NCBI GenBank assembly: GCA_038087875.1
Contig: CM075993.1
Location: forward strand, 6,016,001-6,080,000
Length of the DNA: 64,000 nucleotides
From: Malacoraja senta
Lineage: Eukaryota
Direction of reading: 5' to 3'
The notes beneath the pieces were generated by a model. The model was not told where the DNA came from. It worked only from the letters and a program-made list of their open reading frames with translations, and did no database searches. The position numbers were made by a program, and so were the translations under genes. Below are positions 11,077 through 24,800 of the stretch, piece by piece (within the stretch, counting starts at the first letter, position 1; each line of letters opens with the position of its first letter).

Positions 11077-14000
11077 GTTTCCACCCTTTAGTCAGAGGGT
11101 GGTGAATCTGTGGAATTCTTTACCACGGAAGGCTGTGGAGGCCAAGTCAGTGGATATATTTACGGCAGAGATAGATAGATTCTTGTTTAGTACGGGTGTC
11201 AGAGGTTATGGGGAGAAGGCAGGAGAATGGGGTTAGCCATGATTGAAAGGCAGAATAAACTTGATGGGCCGAATGGCCTAATTCCGACCCTATCACTTGT
11301 GATCTTATGAAATAATTTAAAAAACAACCATTTCTTATTTTGAAGAAGAAATTGAGCTGTGATTTTTTTTTTAATGCAGATGCTAGAAATCTAACATAAA
11401 AACAAAACATACCACTTGCTCTTCCACAGGTGGGACCTGGTTTGCTGAGTATATCCATTATTTTCTATTATTATTTTACATTTAAACAGTTTTGTGTTCT
11501 GTTTTCACACTGCTGAGAACAAGGCAAGGATTGTGGACGGACAGGTCACTGTCTGTGCATAGCTCCTCCTAGAAATCCAAACAAGGAAACCAGTTTAACT
11601 AGAGGTAGAGACACTTAAAGAAAAGTTACTGCTTTGGACTGAACTTTACCCTGTCCTCCAGCAATAAAATTATAAATCAATCTGTAATGTTTACAGCCAA
11701 ATATTAAAATCGCTTTTTTTAAGAAACAAAGTATAAAATAAAAGAGGAAACCTGAAATAAAACAAGAAATAATCAGTAAAAGGCAGCAGGCCTTTTTTTT
11801 TGTGTTTGTTTTTTGACTCTCAATGTAAAGCGACTTTGAGTCCTTGAAAAGCGCTATATAAATAAAATGTATTATTATTATTATAGATTCTGCAGATAAT
11901 GGAAAAGATCAAATTAAACATAAATGGTAGTTGATACCTTCAACATACAGAAGATTCTGTCGAGTATTCTGAAACTGAGAGAGAATTAGGGGAGCACTGA
12001 TTACTGTGGATGAACTAGAGATAATTATTACAGAGAAGTGAATAGAACAGGTTTGGAGGGATATGGATCAAATGTGGGGAAATGGGACTTGCATCTAGGG
12101 CAACATTTCCATGGTGGGCCGAAAAGCCTGCTTCCGATCCGTATGATTACTTGAAGTAAAAACAATATATGTCGAGGATATCATTTGTATTTGTGCCAAA
12201 TTAATATTGCATTCATATTTCCTTCCAACATGGAAAGTTTTTCAGTCCATCGAGTCTAAAGCTAATTCTCAATGCTATTAGTTTGCCGTCCCTGTACTTA
12301 TTTTCCTCTAAGCTATTCTCTCACATGCCTGTTAACACCCTATTGATTCTCCCACCTGCCACCTACACACTTGATGTAATGCACAGCACCCATTTAACTA
12401 CAAAAGTTTTAAAGAGATTTGCGGGACAGAGGTTTTTTTAATGATGATCGTGGCATTTCTAATTCTTTTAGATAAGCAGATTCATATGCAGCGAAGGAAG
12501 ACACAAAAAGCTGGAGTAATTCAGTGGGACAGGCAGCATCTCTGGAGAGAAGGAATGGGTAACATTTCAGGTCGAGACCCGACTTCAGACTGAGAGTCAG
12601 GGGAGAGGGAAACTAGAGATATGGAAGGGTACAAAGAGCAGCGAATTGAGGGTTGCAGGCAGAGGAGAGTAGTTTATCTTGGCAAGGTGTCCAGTACACA
12701 TGTGGGGCGATGGGCCTGTTCCTGTGCTGTGCTGTTCTATATTCTACCAACAAGCACCTCTTTACAATATACAAGAAAACCAGAGCACCTGAGGCAATCC
12801 ACAAGGAGAACATGAAAACATCACACAGATATCACTTGAGGTTAAAATTAAACCTTGGTTGTTGCGGCTGTGAGACAGCTGAACAACTTGCAGTGCCAAC
12901 GACCTGTTATAAATACAACCGGTGATATTAATAGACAAAGGGTTGTTTCAAAATAGAGTAAGGTGAATCTGGATCAGTGGTCTGATGTTTTCGTCACAAG
13001 TCTATTAATTTAGTTCTAAATATTTCATATCAGACGCAGTCTACTTTGCACTTACTGAACTCAAGCATACACTATTTTATTTTAGGTTATAGAGATACAG
13101 CATGGAAACAGGCTCTTCGGCCCACCGTGTCCATGCCAACTACCAGTCACGCGTTCCATGTTATCCCACTTTCTCATCCACTCGGCTCAGTTTACAGAGG
13201 ACAATTAACCTACAAACCCGTATGTCTTTGTGATGGAGGGAACTGGAAAACCCGGAGGAAACTCACGCGGTCACAGGGAGAACGTGTAAACTCTGCACAG
13301 AGAGCAACCGTGGTCAGTATCAAACCCGGGTCTCTGGCATTTGAGACAGTAGCTCTACCAGCTGTGCCACTGTGCCACATTAAACTAGTTATTGACTCTC
13401 CAGAAAAATGGCTGATTTTGCCATTTTTCCTGAGGTCAGGTTTATGCCCGGGCCACATAAGTGTTCAGCTTTAAATAATTAATTTCCTGAAGAAAATGTC
13501 ACATTGTGATTCATCATTGAGTATGACAGACATTTCATTGTTGTTGATGGAAAAGCCAGGGTTGAATAGCCACCTAACAATATTGAGCTATGCAAGAATA
13601 GTGAACACTCTGGTGAGGCAGCAGAAGGCAGCCAGTGCACATAGAAACATATCGCAGCAGTATACATGGGGACTCTCTCCATCAACCAGTAGCAGGGTTA
13701 CCTTGAAGTGCCGCTCTGCTGCACCGAGGAAGTCCTGCAATGGCGAGGACGCTGCCTTTCAGACAATAAACCAAGACACCCACCGGGGAAAGGGTTTCAA
13801 TATTAAAAAAAAAACAAGGATTGTGGTTAAACCACCTTTGGACACAGTATATTGTATATATCAAACTGAATTTCAGATGTCACCCACAGTCATATACAGT
13901 ACATAAAGCATTTTTTATTTATTGTCAAACATTATTATATACATAAAAGTTTAGCTCAGTGCAAGATGGAATTTCACAGTCGCAAAGCTAGCACTCGGTA

Positions 14001-15782
14001 TCGGCAAAGTTCCTTGCCCAGGAAACTTAAAACTGACAATAATTCCTGTGGAGACTACGAGAAACTGCATATGCTGGAATCTTAAGCAAAACACAAAGTA
14101 CTGGAGGAACTTAGTGGGTCAGGCAGCATCTGCGGCGACCTTAAACATCGTGTGTCCATCCTCTCAACATATGCTGCCTGATCCACTGAGCTCCTCCAGC
14201 ACTTTGCTTTTTGCTCAATAACTCCTGTTGGTAGCATTGCAATTGAAACTGAAGTTATCGTGACTTGCGAGAGTATGGTACAGAATAGGCAATTGGTACT
14301 CTTAATGTTTCAGATTGTTCTAACTTTGATTTTCAGAGGAGGAATGTAAAAGTTCAGAGGAGAAGGAAAATGGAATTAGAATAATTTCATTGAAGGCCCC
14401 TGTTCAGATGAAACAAATGGCTTTAATTCTCTCATTTATCAAGCTGTTTTTACATATTTGCAATCTCACCCCTTGTTACTATAAAATGTCTGGCACATTT
14501 TTCTGAATTAGATTAATTACATTTTTATATTGGAGTGATTACCATAGAAGATTTGTTGTATTTTACATATGTGGAAAATATTGACTGCATTAGATTTCGT
14601 TATTCCATCCCCATTGTGTTGAAATAGTTAATGAAACAGCTCCCTTCCCATCACAGTTCAAAAGTAAATACAAGGAAGTCTCCCACACCTGCACACATTA
14701 CTCCATCGAAACCAGACTGGCCGGTCATGATCTCATTGCCGTCTGTGGGACTTGTTGCACAGAAACTGATCTGCACATTTTCCAAAGGAACAATGCCACA
14801 CTTCTCAATAGGCTGTAATTCAAGACTTTGGCAAAGAAGGTGCTAAATAAACAGTTGTTTTGTTTCTGATCTCCAAACTCAAAACCTCCTTTTCAGGTCA
14901 GGTCCCCCACCCCGTCATGGGTACCATGTAATCCCGTGCTACCTGCTCCATGGTCGGATAGTCGGCGACTAAACCGTCTCCCCCACCTGGTTTTGCCAGG
15001 TGAGGAGGGAGCTGTGGACCCCCAGCAGGACCAAAAACAAGACCTGGCAAAGGGCGGATGAGCTTCTAGCGAGCCAACGGCCATCCACACTTCAGTAGAA
15101 GTTGCGAATGATAATAAAGCACACACACACCAAAATCCTATAACTTCCAGCGGCGGAAGTCCGCAGGAACAGGAGGACTGAGATGTGTGGTGCGTCCGTC
15201 ACCATTCCCGTTGGAAACCAGCACCACTGCGTTACTAATGTTTTCAACGATGATGAATGAATGAATCCTTTCAAAACTGTCCCGATGACCTATAGGGCAG
15301 TCGTGGATAATGGGATCAGGCATAAATGTTGGGACAAAGATCAAATCAGCCACCATCTCAGTGAATGGCGGAGTTGATGTCAGAGGCCATGTAATGGGAT
15401 CCATATTTCTCAATGTTTCGTCGTTCATTGCAATGCAAATCCAGCTCTTCCAGGGTTTCTGCTGAAGTAAATGCAGTGCATTGTTATTTCATTGGAAATC
15501 CTTCTGCTTTGGCTGAAATAGAAGTTACAAATCCCTCTGCCAGCCTATTAGGTCAGTAAAGCCAGCTCACTACCTCACACTGAGTAGCCAATTTATAGGA
15601 TTCAAGTAGCTGGCCAAGGTGGTGGTTTAAATCTCAGCACGTCCATTGTTCCATCAGAACTCCATCGGGTTGAGGGGAATTTTGTTTTATTTTTTATTAC
15701 TAGGTTGAAGCTGGCTCAACAACCTCCACTCACTGTACATTCCCTCTCCTGATGTCTTGCTCAGAAACGGCCGGTGCATCTT

Positions 15783-15862
15783 TTACACATGCGTCTCGAT
15801 CAAAGATTCCAGCATCCGAAAACTGTTTGTGATTGCCGTGGTAACAAAAACAAACCTATATC
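15783..15862 (-). CDS. VPS33B: VPS33B last coding exon (23)
   Basis: (G)[28 protein letters not shown]; candidate AATAAA on minus strand near 15686-15698. Confidence 0.94.
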
Positions 15863-18800
15863 CTGTGTAAATAAAACAGAGAAAAAAAAATAACACAAAA
15901 TGCCATTTTAATTCTCTTCCCTGCCTCTTTAAGTCAAGCTACTGAGCCACGTTACAGCACAGCTCCATGAATGCACACAGTCCACTGGTCCTGGCTTGCA
16001 GCTTGGATCTGGAGTGTTCGGAAGGGCTGAGGAATTGCACCCAATCCTGGCCAAGCATCCATACATCCACATTTCCAGTTTTCCATTTGCAAATGGGACT
16101 AGCTTAGATGGGGCATCTCAGTCTGCATGGATGTGTTGGACCGAAGGGCCTGTTTCCGTGCTGTATGACTTTGTGGGACAATAGACAATAGATAATAGGT
16201 GCAGGAGTAGGCCATTCGGCCCTTCGAGCCAGCACCGCCATTCAATGTGATCATGGCTGATCATCCCCAATCAGTACCCCGTTCCTGCCTTCTCCCCATA
16301 TCCCCTACTCCGCTATCTTTAAGAGCCCTATCTATCTCTCTCTTGAAAGTATCAAGAGAACCGGCCTCCACCGCCCTCTGAGGCAGAGAATTCCACAGAC
16401 TCACCACTCTCTGTGAGAAAAAGTGTTTATGAATCTATGAGTAGGAACCACTGGTTGATAGATAGGGGTGGTAATAGTGAGATCATCCCACCCCCTCCTC
16501 CAACACTGCGCTTCACTTATTATGTAGTGACTGGGAGGATATTCAGTCCATCCTACTCATGCCGACCGTTTGAAGAGTTAACCAATTAATGCCACACCCA
16601 CAACTCCCATGTAGCTTCAGGGTTGTGGGTACATGGGACGAGCTTTCAGAGGTAGCTGAGGAAGGTGCTATAACAGCCTTTAAAAGATGGGCCCTGATAG
16701 GTACGGTTTAGAGGATATGGCCCAAAAGCGGGCAAATGGGGCATCTTGGAAGCATGGATGAATGGGCCAAACTACTTATTTCTGTGAAGCTATGACTCTA
16801 AAGTCCTATTGAATTAGTTTACAATTGCCCTTTCAGGCACTGTGTTCCCAATCATAACAATTCAACATGTTGAAAAATGTTTTGCACAGGGGATCTAGAA
16901 ACATAGAAAATAGGTGTAGGAGTAGGCCTTTCGGCCCTTCGAGCCTGCACCGCCATTCAATATGATCATGGCTGATCATCCAACTCAGTATCCTCTACCT
17001 GCCTTCTCTCCATACCCCCTGATCCCTTTAGCCACAAGAATCTCTGATTCTTCGGGGAATTATTTAAATCTCTGTACTGTACTCTGGCATGGTCCACCAC
17101 TTTTTATTCATCTCGTGTTACCTTTCTCTTTGCCCAGGAACCTCAGGGCTGCGATTTCCGAGAATGTGCAGCCTCCGAGAAAAAGCACAAGAATGACCCT
17201 CTGCACGCTGCTGCTGGATGCTGGGTCGACGGACCTTTCTAGAAAGGGATAAGAGCAGAACTTCACAGACCATGACACAGGATTAAGCCACTTGAAGTTG
17301 CAGTTACGTGTATTCATTCATGGTGGGTGGGTGTGGCGGGTATCGCTGGCATTTATTGCCCATCCCCACCAACTGTTGCAAACCACAGCCCTTGCTGGCC
17401 TTGTCAGAGGGAAGTTCAACCACATTGCTGATGATCTCGAGTCACATGAAGGCTAGATAAGGATGAGACATACTCTTCCCTGAAGGGTATCTGAGATCTC
17501 TAATAATAATCCAGTAGCTTCATGCTCCCATTACAACAACCGGTTAAAAATATATATATTTATAGAATTGAACTTAATTTCCACAAATGCTGTGGGATTT
17601 ATCCTCATGGACATGTATTATCAGTCAAAGTCTTTGGATTACCTCTCCAGTAGCCTAACCTGTTCAACATTTCTTTGGAGGGGAACCAGTTCTGTATTTC
17701 ACGTCACTACTCCCTGTACCCCAACCCTTCCCCAATATCCGCTCCTATCTGATCCCAACATGGTCATATGTACATGTAGATACAAGGAACTGCAATTGCT
17801 GGTTTACAAAGTGCTGCAGTAAAGCAGTGGGTCAGCAGCAACTCTGGAGAACATGGATAGGTGACGTTTCGAGTTGGGATCCTTTTTCAGACCAGCATCT
17901 GCAGTTCCGTGTGTCTACTTCCCAAGAACATATAGTTTTAAAGCATATATTGATTCAATAGAAAAAGTCCACCATCATTTGCCCATCAATAAATCTTGTC
18001 CTTGCAGAGCCCAGATCTAAAAGTTTCCAAGGAACAGTCTCTGGTTATTCCTATAACTTAAATTGTGTGTGAGCCCCAGCTGAGAGCTGCAGTAGAATAT
18101 TCTTCAATGGTGGCCACCCATCCAAGCCCAATTCTGACATCCATGGTAGCCGATCAACAATTCTCTGGTGTTCCTCATGCATAAAGAGAAAAGAGTCAGC
18201 GAGGAGCTGGGAGGTGGCACCAATGCCCATGGGCTGTGCCATGGCAGCTCGTCAATGGGCAGTGGGGTGGGAGATTGCAACCTTCACGTGGTCCACCCTG
18301 TTTCGACTAATGCAATCAACCCGACGTGCACAAACAAAAGTTCAAATAGAACAAGTTGACCTACAACTTTAGGCTGTGCACGCCATACGCAAGAAGAAGA
18401 ATGGGCAGTGTCCAACATTGGAGCATGACACATGCCAGAGAGCGGCCACTCCCCAATCCTATCCAACACTTACCAATGGTGGCAAATTGATTGCTGTTTA
18501 ATAACCGCGACACCTCTTCCATTCCTGCCCAGCTCTCACGTTCCTCCAGCACCTGGCAATAGAAAATAATGCTGTATCTGGGGTAGAGTGATGGAGAGGT
18601 GGGGGTAACCTCCTGCATTCATGTAGCACCTGTATCATAGCAGATTACCCAAAGGAACAATATTATAAACAGGGGGAGATGGGCCAAACACTGGCAAATG
18701 GGACAACTTAGATGGGGCATCTTGATCGGCATGGACAAGTCGGATTGGCCTATTTCTGTGCTGTATGACTCTCCTTGACAAATACTAGTGAAGTGTTCAG

Positions 18801-21800
18801 TGGAGAGAATGTGATTAAACGCAAGTTCAGGAAAAGATAGTGCTTTTTGAAGATGGACAGGGATAGAGGGAGGTGAAGAAATGTACAACAGAGCTGAGTG
18901 GGGAAAGAAAAGGTGTGGGTAGTTTTGGGTAGGCCAGTGGGGATGGAGAGAGTGGGCAATATTGGTACAATAGACCAGAGCTGAAAGTGCTGCAACCAAG
19001 CCAGGAACATAGTGGGAGTCCTAAGCAGTCAAAGACAGAGGGGTACAAACTAACAAACTAACAGTTTAGTTCAGAACAACTTAATTAATTGCTTTTGACA
19101 AGGCAGAGCCCTCTATGAATTGATTAAGAAGGACATGCTTTCAGAGTTCAGCCTTCCACAAGTACAATATTAGATAGGAAAGACACAAAATGCTGGCTGC
19201 TCTTGAAAAGGAGGCGCAGTCCTCTTTCTTACAATTTGGCTTTCTTCCCAACCAATTTTGATTGCAACATGCGCCTTAATTTAGTTCAATAAAAGAAACT
19301 GACAAGTTACTAAAGAACCTGAGGAGTAACTCAGCGGGTCAGACAGCATCCCATGTGTAGATGACGTTTCGGGCCGGGACCCATTTTCGGACTGACTACT
19401 TTGAAGAAGTCGACTCGTACTTTGAAGTTCTCCTCATCTCTAACAGCATTTTTGTGTCTTTCCTTGGTAAAGCAGCATCTGCAGGAAGAAGGGTCTCGAC
19501 CCGAAACGTCACCCATTCCTTCTCTCCGGAGATGCTGCCTGTCCCGCTGAGTTACTCCAGCATTTTGTGTCTACCAGCATCTGCAGTTCATCGTTTCTAC
19601 TAGATTAGACAGGTTTTCATTCTTTCAAAGCATGGACTGCAAAGGCAGATTGTATTTAACCTACCTGTTCTATGATCTTACAGCTCAGTGGAATGTATGC
19701 ACCGCTAAATACATAGGCCATGTCTCGCGGCACCTTCAGGTCATATTCCTCCACTGACCGGGGGATCTGTCAAGAGATGGGAGATGACACTGAACGCTGT
19801 GATATGGAAAACACAATAGAGTTGAAGCAATGGGACGGATGGGTACATACCGCATGTAATTGCAACAGTCTGAACATCAGGGGCCATAAATTAATTCATT
19901 TAAAAGTTGTAAACTTACAGATGCAAATTTGCACACTATTGGAGCTTGAGCTTGGACATTTGAAATTAAGGGAATAACAATCTGAGAAAAATTGCATCAC
20001 GTTCATGCAAATGGAATTATTATTTTCCAATCAGAACATGCTTCCCACAAGTTTTCTTGCCATTTCCTCCATCTGTTAAGACATTGGCGTTCTGGCTGAC
20101 TAATTCACCATTACTGGCATCACAGTGGTGCCCAATCTATCTTAAATGTAAAGTTAGACACAAAATGCTGGAGTAACTCAGCGGGTCAGGCAGCATCTCT
20201 GGAGAAAATAGATCGGTGATGTTTCAGGTCGTGACCCGTCTTCAGACTGTGAAGATTCAGTCTGAAGAAGGGTCCCGACCCGAAACATCACCTGTACATT
20301 TTTCCAGATATGTACGGATATATCAGCCTGTCCTGCTGAGTTACTCTAGCATTTTGTGTCTTATCTTTTGTATTAACCAGCATCTTCAATTCTGTTATTA
20401 TGTCTTCAGATGTTCATGGGCAAACGGGACCAGCATACTGGACAGCATGGAGAGATGGGCCGAAGGGTCTGTTTTCTGGGGTAAACCATCTCTTTAACTA
20501 AGATCAACTAATACAGGCAGGGCCCATCCACTGTGCATAGACCTTATCCTTTTAAACATTACCCCAAATCATCAGCCCATTTGTTTGGGGCCTTACCAGG
20601 TTCAGCCGTTTGCTCAAAGCTCTGAAGTGACTTTTCCTGGCCAGAGATGAGAAGGCATCAGTCAGCTTCCCTGAAATCAAGCGATTGTACACTTTAGGTA
20701 ATTGCAGGGGGTCCGTGTGGGGGTGGGGGGAGATGGGGGGGGGGGGGAGGCTGCCGAGAACAAAAAAGGGACCCGCAAGGGAGGCGGGGGGCATGCTGCC
20801 ACGTGCGGCGGCAGGAAGTAGGTAGAAACGTTCGGTGAACCTCTGTAAGTTTATCGGTGCCAGAATGTGACAACACTTGTGTACTGCATAAGTGAGGTTT
20901 GCGGCGTTATTTTGTTGGGTTGTATGCAAAACAAAGCATTTCACTGTACCGAGGTACATGTGACAATAAAGTATCATTAAATCATTGAATCATCATTGTA
21001 TAAAAACAGAACAGATAGCCTAGTGACGAACAAGCATTGGGAACGGGGCTATGAGGCAGCTCAGTACTGGAGTGCAGGCCACCTGGAGGGCTGATCGTGT
21101 CGATGCCCATATGTGGCTTAGCATTTCTGGTTAACACTGGTGGGCCAGAGGTGCACAACCAAGGAGACCAAAGTCCAGGGATTACATCATCAGTGAAATC
21201 AGTAGAATATTTATATAAGGAGGAGTAGTAGGCCCCCCCTGGTCATGACTGACCATGGGTGATGCATCCTAGTCGGATGCAAGCCTGGGCGATGTCATAT
21301 GGAGGACAGGCTGTTGCCCATGCAGCACGTCCCCCCTCTCCACGTCGCTGATCGATCCAAAGGAACAGCAGGGCCGTTACAGTTTGGCACCAGCGCCGTC
21401 GCTGCCAGGAGCTGCCAGAGCGAGGTTGTAGACAACGACGAACTGCCTTAGGGGCTCCGACTCCGGATTTTCTTGAGGTTCACTCCTGGAGCCTTTTCCA
21501 TGACTGGATATGGCCACAAGGCAGTGAAGGTTTTAAATCAGAGTTTTCCCTCTCCTAGATGGACTGCCTTCCCAGGCTGACGATCTGCCCGAGACTCGTT
21601 GGGGCGGCAGTGTCTACCTTCCCGTGCAGGTCTATAGCACCTGCCCACCACCCAAAAGGAGGAGTAATATAGTGGTAGTTTAGTTTTTTTCGTTGAGAGA
21701 TACAGTGCACAAACAGGCCCTTCGGCCCACCAGGTCTGCGCCGACAAGCGATCCCCCGCACACTGACACTTTCTTACACACACTAGGGACAATTTACAAT

Positions 21801-24800
21801 TACACCAAGCCAATTATCCTACAAACCTAGTGAGGGAGGAAAGCGGAGTTCCCGGAGAAAACTCACGCATGTCATGGGGAGAACGTACAAATCCGCACAG
21901 ACAGTCCTTGTAGTCAAGATCGATCCCGGGTCTCTGGCGCTGTAAGGTAGCAACTCTACCGCTGCACCAACGTGGAGAAGCAAATGTATGGCTCATAGAC
22001 ATTGGAATGGGAGATATGGTTCCAATTAATGGCACTGTACTGGAAAAGGAGGGAGCTGTTCCATTGGAATGGGCTTCAGCTGAGTTGTGACCAATGTCTG
22101 GTGAATCGCATAAATCGGGTTGGAGAAAGGCCTTAAAGCTATGTGGCGTGGGGTAGGGAAGCTTAATACATTAAAAAGAAACGGGAGTTTTGATACTTAA
22201 TGAGGTAGAAGGGGCGACTGTCAGTCCACAAGGCAGAACGACCACCGTGCCGTGGCTATCTCCCGGCAGCACTATGGAACCCGAAGACGGAAGCCGCCGA
22301 GCCCGGCCCCTGCTCGTGCCCAAGGATGTTTCCACTAGTGGGAGAGTCTAGGACCAGAGGCAGACCATGAGTGGAGGCAGTTCATAAGTGATAGGAACAG
22401 AATTAGGCCATTCGGCCCATCAAGTCTGCTCTGCCATTTAATCATGGCTGATCTATCTCCCCCTCCTAACTCCATTCTCCTGCCTTCTCCCCATAAACCC
22501 TGACACCCATACTAATCAAGAATCTATCTATCTATGCCTTAAAAATATCCATTGACTTGGACTCCATAGCCCTCTGTGGCAATGAATTCCACAGATTCAC
22601 CACCCTCTGACTAAAGAAATTTCCCCTCATCTCCTTCCTAAAGGAACGTCCTTTAATTCTGAGGCTATGACCTCTGGTCCTAGACTCTCCCACTAGAGGA
22701 AACATCCTCTCCACATCCACTCTATCCAGGCCTTTCACTATTTGGTAGTTTGTTGACAGCAGACACTGGACAAAGGGCTGGTCAGTGGATCCGTGGTCTT
22801 ACTTTCCGCGCCCTCGAAGTCGGCTGCGGGAGGCACCCATAAGGCACAAAGGATGAAGGTGGGGAGAGGAGAGAGACAACAGTTCACTGCGTGATCCGGA
22901 TGGAGGTGATGCTGGAGGCCCTGCAGCCAGGACAACAGGCCTTTATGGCCAGCTGCAGCTTGGTCTTTGAAAATGGTTCCAAAACCTGGCGACATTAATA
23001 TATTCTCTCACTTCTATACACTTCGTACTTAATCTGGGATTGTGATTATGTATAATAATAATTCACTGAAGTGAACGCAAAAAAAAGAATTTCATTGTAC
23101 CTCGGTACATGTGATGATAAAGAGCCATTGACCATTGAATGAAAATCAAGTGAGCGGAAAATATAAGCAAGTTGTGCAGAAGAAAGCAAACTGAACAGAG
23201 GGCTTTCATTATACCTCTGTCCACATGTCAGTAAATAAATTAACTAACTTCTAAATAAACCCGAGATCTTAGATGTGCATTTTACAATTTGAGTGGCTCC
23301 TTACCCACTGCTTTGTCTGTCACAAGCTTGCCCATGGTGCTCTCCACTGCGGTCAGAGTTTCTCCGGACTGTTGCTCTGTCAGCAATCCGATCTGTTTCA
23401 GGTTGGCGAAGGTCAGGATGTGCTCGTATCCGTAGCTCTGGGGATACACATGAACCGTGTTACAGATCTAGGACAGCAAGTCATAGAGGCCCATCTACAG
23501 GAAATTGGTGCTGGGTGCAATGATCTTAAGCAGTAACAAAGCAAATAGCAAAGTACAAAATCATGAGAGGAAAAGATCTGGTGGAAGCATAGAGTCACTT
23601 GCCCAGAGTTGGGGAATCAAAAACCAGACGACATAGGTTTAAGGTGAGGGGGGAAGGGGGGGGAAAGAATGAATAGGAATCTTTTTCACACAAAGGGTAG
23701 TGGGTGTATGGAACGAGCTGTTGAGTGAGGTAGTTTAGGCAGGTCCTATCACAATGTTTAAGAAGCATTTAGACAGGTATATGAATAGGATAGGTTTAGA
23801 GGGATGTGGGCCAAATGCAGACAGTTGTTACTAGTGTAGATGGGACATGTTGGCTAAGTGTGGGCAAGTTGGGTCGAAGGGCCTGTTTTCACACTGTATG
23901 ACTCTATAAAGACAAAGTCAACAAAAAAAACACAAAACAGAATGGAACAGAATCACATATTCACATTTACACATTTGTGGGAGGAAAAAAAAGAAAAAAA
24001 CAGCAATTTGAAAAGGACACCACACAACAGTAAATTGGTCCAGTAAGTTAGTCCCTGATGAGATAGGAGTTTACAGTCCTAATGGCCTCTGGGAAGAAAC
24101 TCCTTCTCATCCTCTCCATTTTCACAGCATGGCAACGGAGGCGTTTGCCTGACCGTAGCAGCATTACACAGTCTTACATTGAAAGTTCATCCTAGAAATT
24201 ACCATTCATAAGCCACCCATCATAAGCTAATATATAAAATCAGGTTTCATTATGTTAAGTGAAGACATCGGTAAGCTCGTGCTGGTGCATTTCTACCACG
24301 CCAGGGTGATCAATAATGGATGGGAGTTGAGGTCGGCTGCGGAGTAATTCGCTATTCGCTGGAGTGACATTAAGGCCGGATCGTGTATCAGATCAGCATG
24401 TCTGTTTCAGAGCTGCGCAGACAATGCATCGATCACTCACAGCCTCTGGGTGTGGGTGTCATCTCATCCAGTGCTCTCAGTGACAGCTAAATGAATGGAG
24501 ATGCCCGCTGAGTGACGTGTAGTGTCGTGTTCGTACCATTACCTGCTCCATGTGGTTTTGGCAACTGTAATCCCAGCACCCACCGACGTGGTCATCTGAA
24601 TCAGATTCCACTGCACTGCTTTACAGCACTGAAGTGCCCAGAGGAACTAAGGCGTATCAGTGGGGGACATTTACACCATCATCACTCTTAGGAAAGACCA
24701 AGGTACTCCAGGGGCAGTGACACCATCCACATTGACTGCAGATTGGCAGAGAGCCCGACTTCTATCTCTCATGTCTTCTTCTTTTTTTCTCACTGATTTC

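Noticed and set aside
18474..18552. VPS33B exon 21 seems one codon longer than the recalled human exon
   Set aside because: In frame; ordinary indel divergence.
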